Positions 39,193 to 53,002 of a DNA stretch of 64,000 bases are shown piece after piece (the first letter of the stretch is position 1; each line of letters begins with the position of its first letter). This DNA is from Dicyema japonicum (taxonomy: Eukaryota > Animalia > Dicyemida), in NCBI GenBank assembly GCA_011109175.1, contig RDEW01000001.1:2410997-2474996 (forward strand). Reading direction: 5' to 3'. The notes beneath the pieces were generated by a model that saw only the letters and a program-made list of their open reading frames with translations, did not search any database and was not told the DNA's origin. The position numbers were made by a program, and so were the translations under genes.

Positions 39193-39999
39193 TTTATCTA
39201 GAAACAGTTATGTCTGTTTTAGTACAAACAAAGCAGTGCGCAAATTTTGGTTAACCAATCTATAAATATTTTTAATTAAAATTTAGAATTAATTTTTATC
39301 CAAAAAATTATCTTTTTTTACATAAAAATGAATTAAAAAAATAAATTACAATATCTTAGGCTTATGCTATAAAGCTTGATGGTAGCCAGTCTCCTACATG
39401 TTAGTGAGATCTGGACAAATAACTAACTAACCATTTGCTATAATGTTAAAATGCTGCTTTTTTACAAAATAGCATATTTTATGGATCTTCTCGATTGTCT
39501 ATTGACAGACACTTATAGTTTTTGATTATTGACATCGATTGGGCTGAATATTTGAAGCTATTGTTTAATAGCTCTGCGAAGAATTAGGATACCCATTTGG
39601 GGCGGAGTTAGGAATTTCGATCGGTTCTAAAGAAAGATAACCTCATCAAGTTCCTCTGCGGACATTTCAGGGATCTCTGGTGGACCTCTCATGGAGAGTC
39701 AGTGAGTTATCAGAAGCTGTGATCATTTAATTGGTTGCCTTTGAATTCTTCTTTCTTGGTTTTCTTGGAAGAGTAATACACGTGGCCTGATTTTTATATT
39801 GAGACAATATCAGTCAATATCCACGTGCTTATATTGTCAAATTTAATATTAAAGCTACAAGGGATTTTCAATTTATGTAACGACTTCCAGAGAAGTGACA
39901 CGTGTCTAAATCGTACATTTTATGCGACAGCTCCATAATTGATTTATGTTTTTAAATCCACCTAACCAAATTCGTAGAAAGATAGACACTTGCTCATTT

Positions 40000-40313
40000 G
40001 AAACCAATCATTACTTTGATGGGGCATGTATAAATCTTTGCAGGTCTTCAAATGTATAAAATAGTGTTAAGTGATATTTTAGAAAACAAATCGATGTACA
40101 AAGCTGCTCTCATTGAAATTACATTCACGCAATGACCTTGAAAGAGCTTTGAATTTTTGGATATTATCAGACTTGCAGGACAGAAGAAGGGTGAGCATAG
40201 AATGACGCGATGTTCTTCCAGACCATTGGGCACGCGATCATGAAGGTAACTCCCATTGTGTTATCAATGCTTACAGGCCAAAATGGGGACTTTGGAAGAA
40301 CAACTAACTTCAT
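40000..40313 (-). CDS. Orphan gene (MKLVVLPKSPFWPVSIDNTMGVTFMIACPMVWKNIASFYAHPSSVLQ...)
   Basis: TAAA-ATG after an AT-rich tract, an open first exon, a 26-nt candidate intron and a decayed paralog at 29.8-30.0 kb; 3' end uncertain. Confidence 0.45.
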
Positions 40314-40424
40314 TTTAATAAATTTTCAATTAAAAAAATTTTTTTTTAATTAATAAAAACGATTTAAACTTCCAAAGTGCTATAAATAAGCAGCTCTTGT
40401 GATACCTCTCTCACACAATTTGTA

Positions 40425-41360
40425 TGAAAATTCGATTTCCATCAGCTATTCTCTTCTTTGCTGTCTCTCCTTCCTTTCCTCGATCCGATTGCACGTTTGA
40501 AGTTAAACGATTTTAACGTATAATTTTCGAGGTTTCGACTACGACGAGCTCGAAAATAAACTGTCCTCCTCGAAAGGTCGCATATTTTTGAGAGTTTAGA
40601 CTCTCGCTAATCTTGATCCTAGATGGGTGATTGTCATATTGAGGTTGGAAAAGGGGAAACCATCAACAAAAATGGCGCCCCAGAACAGGTATGTTCCATC
40701 TTACTATGGGAAAATAGTCAGGCCTTTTTAGTGCGTAAACTCCGAGTCCGCTTCAGTTGTACGTATATCCAGCGGGCTCTAGGCCTCCCGCAATTACTTT
40801 GCTACTTGTTCTCCTAACACTTCATGAGAGGGGGTGAAGTCCTTTAACGCCAACCGTCTTCCCGCATCCGCACCGATGGTTCATTTAAACATTGATTCGG
40901 AAGCAGATTTTTATTTGTATCAAGTCATTATCCAAGAGTATCTCGAAGAGTCCTCTCACTTGTAGACTAGTCATTTTTGTAGACGTTGATCATCTCAACG
41001 GTGTTGGCGCAAGAAAGTTTGTTCCAACCGTGTTGTACCTCCAGATTTTTTGGGATTTTAAGGTTTAAGTGTGTGTAAATTTCTCGATCAAGCGGGTCGG
41101 ATCTGTATGGGAAGTATAGACATACAAGATCGACCCAAGATAGAAAAACCAGGCAGTTTGATAGGCAAGTGGATATCGATCTCCCAAATAAAGTGGTATC
41201 TTCCATTGGTCCAGCGATGCCGTCAAAGGAAATGGTTAATAATTTCTCAATAGACGATTTCAGTGTCACGACAATGATCTCCAAGAGGTTCATACTTATA
41301 AAACACGCGGCAGAGAAAAGAGATTTAAGTTTCGTGGGAAGAAAGCTACAGTACCTGTAG
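40425..41360 (+). CDS. Probable multi-exon gene of unknown function
   Basis: Protein-like segments (GFDYDELENKLSSSK; TLANLDPRWVIVIL; VDIDLPNKVVSSIGP) bounded by candidate micro-introns; not recognised. Confidence 0.35.
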
Positions 41361-41836
41361 AGCCGATTGGTTTAGAATCTCATTTCTTTAGACCTTCGTG
41401 TCTAGTCAATCCTCCTTCCTATGCCCAACTTATTGACCGGTTGGAAATGTACCCTAATGAAGAGTCTATGCCTTTGAGGCAGGATTAATGCTACCTAAAC
41501 TGTCCCTTATATTTACTCTAAGTAAATTCTTTTTAATCTCCTCACTTCCTGTTGATAAAAATTCTGAACGTTAAAGAGAATAAGTTTATCCTTTACTGAA
41601 CTACGTGTTGTACTGCGATAGCCCATTAATCAACGTCCGATGCGTCCTGACGGCGACAGGACATCTCCAAGACATTAATGAGGATGAAATCATCCATAAA
41701 TAACCTCGATTACACAATTATAGGCAACAATCAATTTACTTAATTAAGTAACAGCTATTAATTATTACGTAAACCGTCTCGACTTGATTCTAGAAACGTG
41801 CCTTCCCAACAAGACTCTGTGAAGTTGAAGATTTTA

Positions 41837-43191
41837 TTAATCTCTAAGGGATAATTTAGAATCATCAACATTTTGGGAGACATATGAACTGGTTGTGTAG
41901 GGACAGAGTTCATAGCTCTTCTTTTTCGTTTGCTTGCTTGTATTTTTTGATGTTTTACTTTCATTGGAAACTTTTTTGTTCCTTTTGTTGGTTTCATGCT
42001 TCACTTCAGTCATCTAGTCTAAGCCAATGAGGTCACTTGATTCAGTTTTTCTCTGTATTCTTTGATCGTCAGTTTAATGTCGTCGTCAAAGGGGGGAATG
42101 ATGTCGCGATTAAGTCTTATTTCCTTCTCCTTGTTTCGGAATCTTCCATTTATGGTAGCCCCCTTACCTTGCGACGTAATCAGTCTCCAATGCTTTCTCA
42201 ACAGTGAGTCTTTCTTTGGGAGAAAATAACAACAGTTTCTTCAGCAAGTCTATAGCGTCCTTCGCGGCATTGGGGACCAGGGTTTCTATGGATTTAATCT
42301 CCGAATGGGAGAGAGTCTGTTTGAGATATTTGTGAGTATAGTCTTGTTCCAGGGTATCGTCCGAGCAAACAATGGAGAGTAGAATCTCAATTTGATTTAT
42401 GGAAGAACTCCCAGGGAAAAGAGGTTTGCCCTTGATGATCTCTCCAAAGATACAACCAATCCCCCACATGTCGACTGCTTTAGTGTACCTTAGATTTATT
42501 AGGAATCTACTTTTTGGAGCCCATCAGTATTTCCGGAGCTCTATACCACCGCGTCGCTACATAGGTAGTCAGTTCATTACTTTTGGCGTCCAAAAACTCG
42601 CTGGAATTTAGAGACCTCGCCATTCCAAAGTCACACAACTTAATCTGGCATTTACGGTTAACGAGAATATTTGACGGCTGAATAAACCGGGTAAGATTAC
42701 TTTCAAATCACGGTGGATTACATTTCCAGAGTGTATGTACTGTACAGCATTCAGAATTTGGTAGATTATGTACCTGTGGTGGATATCTTTGAGAATGTAT
42801 CTCCGTTTTATGATGCTGTTCAGATCCGTTTCTAAACAACATCAAAAATTCAAGGGACCCATGTACTCAAAGACCAGGTAAACGTCAATTTGATTGTCAG
42901 CGATGAAGACGTCGAGAAGCGAGACTATATTCTCGTGTCGTTTAAGTTCCTGTAAAAATATTATTTCCCGGAATGTTCGCTAAACGTGTTGACACTAAAA
43001 ACCTGGGCGTCTATGGAATTTTGAAAGGCGTCAAATATCTTCTTTAAGGCTACCGTTTTCATATTCTTTTTATCCTGGGCCTTCCAAACTATTCCATAGG
43101 CCTAAGGTAAACTACAATGTCATACGCCTTTTCCGATTCTTTTGAGGATTTCAAACCGCTTTTTCATGCAATATTCTAATTCTTTGTTCAT
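41837..43191 (-). CDS. MAPK15: Mitogen-activated protein kinase 15 (ERK7/8)
   Basis: [62 protein letters not shown] and C-terminal [18 protein letters not shown]; 22-27 nt introns; 3' end approximate. Confidence 0.93.
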
Positions 43192-44438
43192 AACGCATAA
43201 TTAAATAATACATTTATTATAAATATTATGGTTCGCCACTTTAATACAAATATTAAATAATTACTAAAATTATTATATTTTCACTCAATTTTGTGAGACT
43301 TATACAGCAAATTAAGCAAGAAACTTCTAGCAGCTGGGGTTCTGCTGGAACGCGATGGGGATTGTCGGCTCAGGTCTCGTACAACTAGAGCATCCTTTCT
43401 CAGATAATTTTAATATTGTCTTCCTTAAATTTGCGGGATCTCAATATTTGAGAATATGCAGTCAATGCTAAATAATTTTTGGAATTATCGTGATTTCCTA
43501 ATCTGCGGCATAATTAGGTAACAGCTTGAGAATAAATGCTGATCAAAATTGAATTATCGACCTTATCTTCATACACGCGAGAACACTCAGGTTCACCTTT
43601 CCATGGCGCCGTCCAAGTGTATTTGTATTTCATAAACAAAACTTCCCTATCAGCCCAAGCCTTGGAACTCCCACGGGGAGGGGTACAAAACAGGTCAACA
43701 TTACTGCACACCACAACATTCTCCCTCTAATGAAGTCTGTCTCAAATCAATTAGCAGCCTTTTGGGAATAGACATCATAATTAGATTATAAATCACCATA
43801 GAAGAATAGCTAATTAGAATATGATGAGTAACCCCCACGTGGGAATGATAGATTGTTACCCCATATCCAAAAACTAAAATATACACATTAATAAAGCCTA
43901 TATAGATCCTCCCAATCTGACATTTTTGGAACTTAAAAAGTGGTAAATCTAATATGAGTAATTATTTTATCTGAAATGACCCACCAGTGTTTATTCGGCT
44001 AACTGCTTAATGAGATATTGCTCATTAAAATATCCTTTAATTAACTCTACAAACCTTTCCAGTCATCCTTTCCACATCTAAGCTTGGTTAAGCTCAACAC
44101 TATCATTCAGCATCCTCTTGCGATACCGCGCATTATTCCCCAGTGACACATGTTTGTACAAATTAGTTGGATGGAAAATGGGGGTTTATCGTGATCATCC
44201 TGATGAGCTTTCAGATTCTAGAATTTTCTACAGAGGTAGCGGACTGTAAGACGGGTCAACCGTGGAGTAAATAACTAATGAAGCGGCAATATATATTTTA
44301 CAAAAACTAGTTTAAAGAGTTAGCCAGTTCAATAAATGACTCACAGATTCTAGAATTCTCTACAGAGGTAGCGGACTGTAAGACGGGTCAACCGTGGAGT
44401 AAATAACTAATGAAGCGGCAATATATATTTTACAAAAA

Positions 44439-47400
44439 CTAGTTTAAAGAGTTAGCCAGTTCAATAAATGACTCACTCAATCGGCCAAATACGACAATCA
44501 CATCACTCACATCAAACTAAATATTAATCAACCAAAACCTCACATGTCCCCTCTTTAATCATATTACACAATCTAACAACAGTTGAATTGGTGGACATTA
44601 TCAATCTTTTTAGGGCTCTAACATCCACAGCCATCGTGGAAAAGTATTTACAGTCTACAAATAAGACAGTCCCCACCTTCCAGCAGCTCAGTCACTCTCT
44701 GAACCACAGAGTTAACCGTATACGACTGTGCANCCAGTTCAATGAATGACTCACTCAATCGGCCAAATACGACAATCACATCACTCACATCAAACTAAAT
44801 ATTAATCAACCAAAACCTCACATGTCCCCTCTTTAATCATATTACACAATCTAACAACAGTTGAATTGGTGGACATTATCAACCTTTTTAAGGCTTTAAC
44901 ATCCCCAGCCGTCGTGGAAAAGTATTTACAGTCTACAGATAAGACAGTCCCCACTTTCCAATAGCTCAGTCACTCTCTGAACCACAGAGTTAACCGTATA
45001 CGACTGTGCAACCCATCTGGGAATGTGCAACTGATGAATCAACGAGTTACTCTGATACTCCGATAACTACAATTGCCAACAATCACTTACACTTAAATAA
45101 GCATCGGGAGAGTTCCCCTTCATCTTAATGAAATTATTCTGTAGCATCGAGAGAGTAGAATACAACAACAGTCCCTGACTTCCCATACCAACTCCATTCT
45201 ATTCATTAACAACCACATGACCTCCTGGTGACGCTTACAAAACTCCATCAATTCATCAATATGGTGACATTTCTTGCTATTACAAGCGAAGGAAGCCAAG
45301 GCAAAGAGTATTTCCATATCGCTAAACCTCTGATCAATTTCACACAGCCGTCGATATGCCTGTACAGCCACAACAATGTAATTAGTGTTCACAGTGATCT
45401 TAATAACACATTGGTTGTACATAGAGCACATTCTGCCATAATTTAGTGTTGTCGTAGTCCAGACGGGCAGCCTCCATGGCCATTCGAATGGCCCTCTTCT
45501 TACTAAATGTAACAAACGTGTACTACTCGCTGTCGTACTGCTGAACACATACAGACATATTAGACCACGCTTTTGAACTCTAATGAATCAAACTATCAGC
45601 TCACCTCGTTGTCTATTCTAACACAGGATAGAAAGCACGTGGCTCCTTCTTGGAAAAGAGATTCAGCCATACAGGCACATCCATAGGTAAACCATACGTT
45701 GTACTATTGTAAATCATGTGGGTAACCATGAGGGAATTTATTTCCACTGCCTTTCTGAAGTCTAACACAGGATAGAAAGCACGTGGCTCCTTCTTGGAAG
45801 AGAGATTCAGCCATACAGGCACATCCATAGGTAAACCATACGTTGTACTATTGTAAATCATGTGGGTAACCATGAGGGAATTTATTTCCACTGCCTTTCT
45901 GAAGTACGGCAGAGATTCCTTTATCTACAGAAATCACGGAGGATTTTACCTGTTTACGGTAAAAATGGAGGAATGCCAGTCCCCTTTGAGAAGCAGCCGA
46001 TTTATGGTTAGATATCTCCCACGCTTTGTGGTAGTATTCATCACATTTGGTGACACTTCCAAGGTAGCATAACAAAGTTGGGGTCACTTCTACTTCCAAT
46101 CGCTTTCTTATCAAGTCTTCAGCCTGGAATATTTCATAAACTAACCTTCCCCCGTTTGTTAAGATTTCCATAGCACTCGATCAGGTCATCCCACTTCTCC
46201 AATGTCTCCAATAATGGTAGAGCTGAATTATGAAGTCCTCCATTAATGTAGACACGTGCGAGTTTACACTACCATTAACAATAACGAAACCTTAATGGCA
46301 TACAAGGATGGAGGACGAACTAAAAAGAACTCTTCCAAGAGATTTTTGATGGGAACAGGCTCATCGATGGGTTTCTTCGGATTAGAGAGTTCCTACCAAT
46401 ATCACAGTATGGTCACATCAAGTTGAGCCATCCCCCGCACATTCTTACGGTGTATAGTGACTTCAACAAGAGACCGAATGAAGAGAGAGGAAATCAAAGA
46501 AAAGAGTCCTATGTCAGGTAGACTCAGAAGTTTCTCAGCATAAGCCAATATAATAAGATCCCCTGTCTCATCCCGAACCTTCTTGTTAATCTCATTCCGA
46601 CTGCAATGAGCAGACAACATACCAGTAAAATAGAAGAAGTCCAATATCAGACCTGTTCAGAGATGGTGTCCCCTCTGATTTTACAGACGGTTTCATATAT
46701 TCTAGTAGCAAATCATCGTTAAGGGACACATTCTACCATCAAACATACCACCAACCAGAATGTAGTCACTATAGTCAGTCATTTGCTGTAAATCACGTGC
46801 CGAATTGGATTTTACTTCAAGCACCAGCTGGGAGACATCGAATGTCTGATATTTGGTGTTCCGACCGAGCACCCCTAATAATAAGTAAAGCATTACCAGT
46901 AGTATTAACGGTGATCTCTTTCAAATCCTCAATAAGATTGCACACATGCTTGAATTTGTCACTTTCATAATATTCTTGGTAGATGTATCCCACTTCGATC
47001 AAAAAGTCTATTTTAGACAGTCTTTAGGTGAAATATTAAGTCAAACCCTTCATCTTCAAAAAGGCGGGAAAAATCATCAAAATTCAACACTTTATTTATT
47101 TTTATTAGTACTTTTGTCGATGAGTTGTAGTGACTCTTTTTTGAGGACTGGGGAGAGCTCGGAAATGACACTCTGCTGCAAAAAGCACACTCGTAGCGTC
47201 CACAGAAGAACTCTCTTGCATTAATAAACTAAAACCTCGTTATCCGAGTTAACATAGTACAGCAGACGCGCTGCCAAAAATAAGGGGGACAAGTTGAGTA
47301 CATTACCACCCAAAATGTGCTCTCCGTTAAGGCAAAAGTAATGCTCAACGAAGTCATTCCCAATCTAAAATAAATGAAACTGCAAACTTTAAACTTAAAT

Positions 47401-47612
47401 GAATTCTGATTTGTTTTAATCGAATAATTCAGCACAACGTGGTTCCAAACACAGTCAATTACTGTCTCGATTATTACACTATATATTATAAATATTTTGT
47501 ACTTAATGTCATTTGATTGGGCGAACTTCTTTATAGTAAAATCAATTGCCTCATAGGATTTGTGTTGGAGATAATGGTCCTCCACTATTTTGATAAGAGT
47601 AAGAGTGCACAT
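44439..47612 (-). CDS. TTC27: Tetratricopeptide repeat protein 27
   Basis: GVLGRNTKYQTFDVSQLVL, WTLRVCFLQQ and TPRs (YFRKAVEINSL, VWFTYGCACM, KAWSNM, RLDYDNTKLWQN). Ends are approximate and internal duplications disturb the model. Confidence 0.8.
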
Positions 47613-47733
47613 GTGTTTTACACTTGACGTAAAAATGTTTGAAATAAATTTAAATTTATGACGAATTATTTATTACTTATTAACAAATTATATTAAAATT
47701 TCAGTTTTTTCGGATTTACGACTGAGGTTGTCA

Positions 47734-48566
47734 TTACTGGAACCGGTGTCTAAAATCACACCAACTTGCTATCTACACTGGAAATCAATAATTCTTACAA
47801 TTGGGCACCATTTCGCGATGCTCAGTTTACATTCCTTGATAATTGTAAAACCCCGAGTCATCCGGCTCACTGCTTTTTTGTCTCGACAAACAGAAAGAGA
47901 ATTGCTCTCAATTATTAAGTTCGGATTCTTCGAAGTATTCTAGAGATTGAGCCCTCATTCACGCCTGAAAACAAGCCTTGATACAAACAAGGGACGTCAT
48001 CCACTAAATATTGATAGAAACAAAACTCGTGCTCAGTTTGTGCGCCTCAGTTGTGGTCACTCGTGGATTTACGTTCCTCTCTGAACAGAATCGGACAAGA
48101 ACCGTCTCTACTTTGCCTATTATGCCTTAATGACGACCATACTTTTCTCTGGGTACGCCTTCGAATTCTGAAGGATCTCTGAGAGCGTCCGCTTCAGTTT
48201 TTACGAACTTGTTAGCCACCGGTTTTCTTCACTCGAAGGGACTGGGGGTAAATAAATCACTGGAACCGTATTGCCGCAGGCGACAAAAACATCTCTGTGA
48301 ATAGAATCTTTTTTACATTAGCAAAGCAATCACTTTGAGTGAGTTATTAGAGTACTCGGCAATCAGGACTGATCGCTTCAAAGCTGTTGACTTCCTACTG
48401 ATTAGTAAGGCGTAACTAAATTTATTGCGATCACATTAAATTGTCTTGATCTCTTTTAACCTGAGTGGAGTGAATTAAGAATCAAGTACATTATACATGA
48501 GCCTGTGTGGACTGAAGGTTACGTTAATATGCAACCTGCTGTCATAAGCATTCTCAAATATCGCAT
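47734..48566 (-). CDS. Probable multi-exon gene of unknown function
   Basis: Removing 22-26 nt GT-AG introns joins DDVPCLYQGLFSG / NTSKNPNLIIESNSLSVCRDKKAVSRMTRGFTIIKEC...WCP; not recognised. Confidence 0.4.
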
Positions 48567-48640
48567 TCAACGGGATAAGTGTAAATAGGAGACTAGAATA
48601 TATTTTAGAGTGAAGATAAATTAAAATTATTTGTTAATCA

Positions 48641-49080
48641 TTAAAGGATCCCCTCAATGGGCCATTTTAGTTTTTTGAGAATTGACCCTTGAGAGTATTT
48701 ATTTGTGCTGAAACGGTCTAATTGTAACTCAGGGATGGTCGATCTCCAACCTATTTCTCCAGCGGTCGTTTTTGGGAAAGATTTGGGTGTGGGAGGTGCC
48801 TGGTTTGTATCTGCATAAGATCCGGTCCAGTTGTAAGTCTTTTCCAATATTTCATTTTCTCGTTCTTTTCTGCGTTTCCTTATTTCCTCCGGATTCAACT
48901 GGAAATTCTTAGGAACTCAACCTCCTCCCATTTAGTAAGGAAGTTCCAATTTCGTTCCCAAACGTTTGCAGCTAACTTTTCGTGTTCAATGTGGTCCTTC
49001 CTTCAAAATTATAATCCCTACTACCATATTCTATCCTGGTTTACTATGTTCAGTTTTCTCTCATTAATTACGTTGCTCAT
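48641..49080 (-). CDS. CIMIP1: Ciliary microtubule inner protein, C20orf85/CIMIP1 family
   Basis: NIVNQDRIWK...NWNFL and FPKTTAGEIGWRS...LKWP match the family motifs; introns of 24 and 23 nt. Confidence 0.8.
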
Positions 49081-50622
49081 GGTATCCTGGAAACTAGATT
49101 TTATATTAAAAGTGTGGTTACCATTTTAGCAGACAAGGCAGAACGGAGTTAGCACGTGACTAATATAAGTAATTGTAGTTACTGGTAGAATTTAATAAGG
49201 CTGTTACAAAATTCGATTTTTGAATGAGGTCATTCGTTGCATTTGGATCTTCACCTCGTATGGGCCTCGATTCTGTGAACGGCCAAGAATAGTCTCCCGG
49301 TCGTTTTGGATGAAGATTCCCAAAGGATTGAGTAGCGTCTCTAAGAAATAGGGGGCAATACGATTATTGATGATCATATCTCTAGTAGTGAAGCAAACGA
49401 CGTAATGGCTTGAGAATTAATGTTCCAATGAGAATAATCGCAGTTGTCTTCACGTAGGATGGTGTAATAACCAACTGATACAAAATTATTTGGAGCTTTA
49501 TCAGCTGATAAGGGCATATCCTACCAGTCGTGTAAAAGAAGACATTAAAGAGAGCGCTTATTTGGCGCAGACGTGGAATAACATTAGATGAAATCGTCTC
49601 TGCATCTACAACTTAGTGCTGTTGAAGGCCCAGTTTGAAGAAATGACAATTAGTCTCTTTACTCCGATGATAAATTTTATATTACTGTTACGGTCAGTTG
49701 GAGGAGAGACGATTGATCGGAGTTGAAGAGGTGGCAAAAATAAGTCCCAGTTACCTCTTCTATAATGGATAGGAGTGATTTTTTAGCGTATTTAATGAGA
49801 CCACAAAAACGATAAGTCAAAGGTTCGCTTTTAATCAAGAACCCGAGAAACCCAACGGATCCTTCAATTCAGTCACATAGAAAAGAGCTCATAATGTGGC
49901 AAAACAGTGGACGTCTGGAATGAAATCTTCGTAGCCGACGTCTCCGAGGGCCTTAATTCAGGGGAATAGAGATACTTGTCTCTTCTATCATGACCGTACG
50001 GTTCCTCACCCAGTTCGGACTTATGTGGGTTCGATGGAGGAACATCACTGCAAGCTGCGAGTGCTATGGATCACTTAGCTTAATTAGTTCTGGTTTAACA
50101 GTAACCTTGGTTTTGATAATAATTTAGTTTTCTCCACGAAGAGGTGACCCACATAGACCTCTCAATACGGTATGCTTTAAGAAAGTTTTACAGAACGCCT
50201 TGAGCGGAAAGAGTATTCAAAGATCCGCAGGAGGTGATATCGAAGATCTTGCGGAACTTTTAACCTGTCGAGTAGTATTATTGAAAACAGGATAAGGCAA
50301 AGAGAAGTAGCAAGTGGAGTCTCGGAAACGCTGTCACAAGACGGGGAAAAAGACTGAATAAGTAATCTTTCCTAACATTACTGTTACCTAATACAAATTA
50401 TTTGTTTATTTTTTCCACTTTCATGCCGTGTGACTCACTACGTGGTGGCATCGCCCACTTGAAGTGTTGAAAAGTGCCGCGAATTCCCTATCCCTCAACC
50501 ATGGACGGATAGTGTCAGATCCTAGTAAAAATTAAGCTAAAGCTGTTTAAGCAGTAAGAGAATTCATTTAAATAGAACACCTGTCTCGGTGATCCGGAAT
50601 TAATTAAATTAAAATCATTAAA

Positions 50623-52796
50623 TCAACTAACGTTGGTGATGGCTCTACAATAATACAAATAAAATACAGAGTTTCTTCAGACTCATCGTCGTACACCTTC
50701 ATGACATTCGAATATTCTTTCTCATTATCTAAAGATGATGCTAATCTCTGAGTTAACAATTACCAGTATTAGCTCCTTTGCAGGCTGGAAGTATTAATTT
50801 AAAGACCAGAATAAGGCCAAGAACACACGAAAGTAGTCCCCCAAGAGTGTAATACAAGTAATGCATGCTGCTACTGGTATTCTCTGGTTCTCCCGTTGAA
50901 AGTAAATTAGTATTCTGTCGTTTTCCAAGTGAAATTAACATGTTTTTACTTGACATGGAAATTGTCGATTTTCTGCTCTCAAATGAACTGAACCCCGCCT
51001 TAAATACACAAGAGAAGACTGCATCAATCGGCCTCTGAGGATCGTGATCGATTTTCAATTTGCTAAATAAACCGAAAGGAGAAACCACGTGTGTTTTTTG
51101 ATGTCAACTGAGTAATTCAAATTTGTTGGTTTGTTTTTTTTGTCGAGAACATTTCCGTCAATCGTCCACCACATCGATACGTTTTCTTTTCCCGCATAGT
51201 TGAGCTTGGCCTCGATAATATATGTCTCGGTTTTGTTAGCCAGGTCGACGTATTCTGGGAGATCGGGATCAAAGTAAGGACTCTCTACCAAATAAGACCA
51301 CAATGGTCAGTACCCAGGTATTCTGCGTAGGCGTTCGTCATTTGGACGCCGAAACTATTGCTTACGATCGCCTGGACATTCCCGCGTTTGTACTCCGATA
51401 TGTTGAGTACTAAGTGATGCCTGCTTTCGTCGATATCCACGTGCTCGTTTGCTGGAAATAGTTTGTAAAAATAAACGTGATAATTCCATTCCGTTGAAGT
51501 ACCATCGAATTGTAATATTGTCGGTGAAACGCCCATGGTTCACGTCCAGATTGAACATACACAAACTATCCCTCACTCTGCAGTCCTTTAGGCCGGTAAG
51601 GATTCTCGGGGGGACTAAAGCTGTGCAATCGAAATACCAGGAGAGGCCACCCAAAGGTAAATCCTCGAGTTGGAATTGTGGGCAATTTCGCATGAAATCT
51701 TGTAATAGTCACTCGAAGTGTAAAAAATCGAGTCCAAGGGAACAATTTCACTATTTTGTCGATAAATTATTTTTCAAAGTAAAACACACGTGCTTACTTA
51801 TTCGGATAATCTCCAACGATGCACTTAAAGTCTTTAAACTCCCCCCGGTAGTATTTGCTGTCGTAGTAGTAGATTATAGAATTATTCAGTGGATATATGA
51901 TTCCCTCTTCTGTGCTCGGTTCTTCTTGATCAATCGATTCTGGGGATAATCACGGCTACTACCATATTCTACGTAGAAGATCAAACGCATCCCGTAAATG
52001 ACACAGTCGATCTCATCCTCCGTTATTTTTGGGAGATAGAGAGTATCTGGGAGCTATAAACCGAGATTATTCAAACCAGTCTCAAAATGAGCATTGGGAA
52101 TGTTGGACTCGGTCATTTGGTTCTGGCGGTAGGAAATGAAAGGCAAGTCGTTAGAAGGGACGTCGAAGATCTTGAGAACTAAGGGCTGATCGTAGAAAGC
52201 CTCAATTTTTGAGTTGTTCGGGACTTTTAGGATTATTTCTAAAATATTTCCTTTATAAAACCCGATTTGTAGATCAAATCATTCCTGTCAACCAGGCAGA
52301 GCTTGTCCTTCACATAAAATTGGCAGAAGGGGGATTCGAATTCTCCAGTCGCCTCAATGCTGGTCAGATTCAACGTTGCTGTAATATTCTTTCCCGAATA
52401 GATGGCTGAGTAGTTATTGACCCAGATCCTTTGACTTGAACATACAAATAAGTGGTCTTACCCCTGATCCTTGATTTTTGGTAGACAGCGTAAAGAAAGA
52501 TACCTCGGCCAGTTATTTTTTACAACTACGTGTTCGGTGGAGGTCGCTATTAAGAAATATGAGTTTTTGTATTCCAAATTATTGGGGATCTCTATTCGAG
52601 GACACTGCAGAACAAGACTGAATAGTAGAATGATTTTTGGTAGACAGCGTAAAGAAAGATACCTCGGCCAGTTATTTTTTACAACTACGTGTTCGGTGGA
52701 GGTCGCTATTAAAAAATATGAGTTTTTGTATTCCAAATTATTGGGGATCTCTATTCGAGGACACTGCAGAACAAGACTGAATAGTAGAAATATCAT
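50623..52796 (-). CDS. Type I membrane Ig-superfamily-like protein with cytoplasmic tyrosine motifs
   Basis: Signal MIFLLFSLVLQC; Ig-like strands (ITIRWYFNG, VSMWWTIDG, VSNSFG); TM YLYYTLGGLLSCVLGLILVFKLIL; tail SSLDNEKEYSNVMKVYDDESEE via 23-nt introns. Confidence 0.65.
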
Positions 52797-53002
52797 TTTC
52801 TTGCCATAATGTAGCTCAGTGTTATATAGGCAAATTTGACGTGGATTGTTGGAGGTTTAAGAAATGGCCGTGTTAGTAGAATTCTATTTAAGGAAGTCCA
52901 GATCAGGATTTCCATATTTGGACAACATCACATAAACTTCTGTAAATAGCATCCTTGAGTTAAATCTGTTCAGAGTTTCGTAAGAGAGACAACATTGTTC
53001 AC

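Noticed and set aside
43701-43886. Tetraspanin (CCG motif after a hydrophobic segment)
   Set aside because: CCG is followed by a stop and no fourth TM is evident; a different frame looks like the real exon. The region is probably genic but unassignable.
12503-52790. Selection for frame-preserving tandem duplications in genes
   Set aside because: The TTC27 unit contains a 23-nt intron and shifts frame; 3 or more of 4 in frame has about 11% chance probability; N-linked copies point to assembly artefacts.
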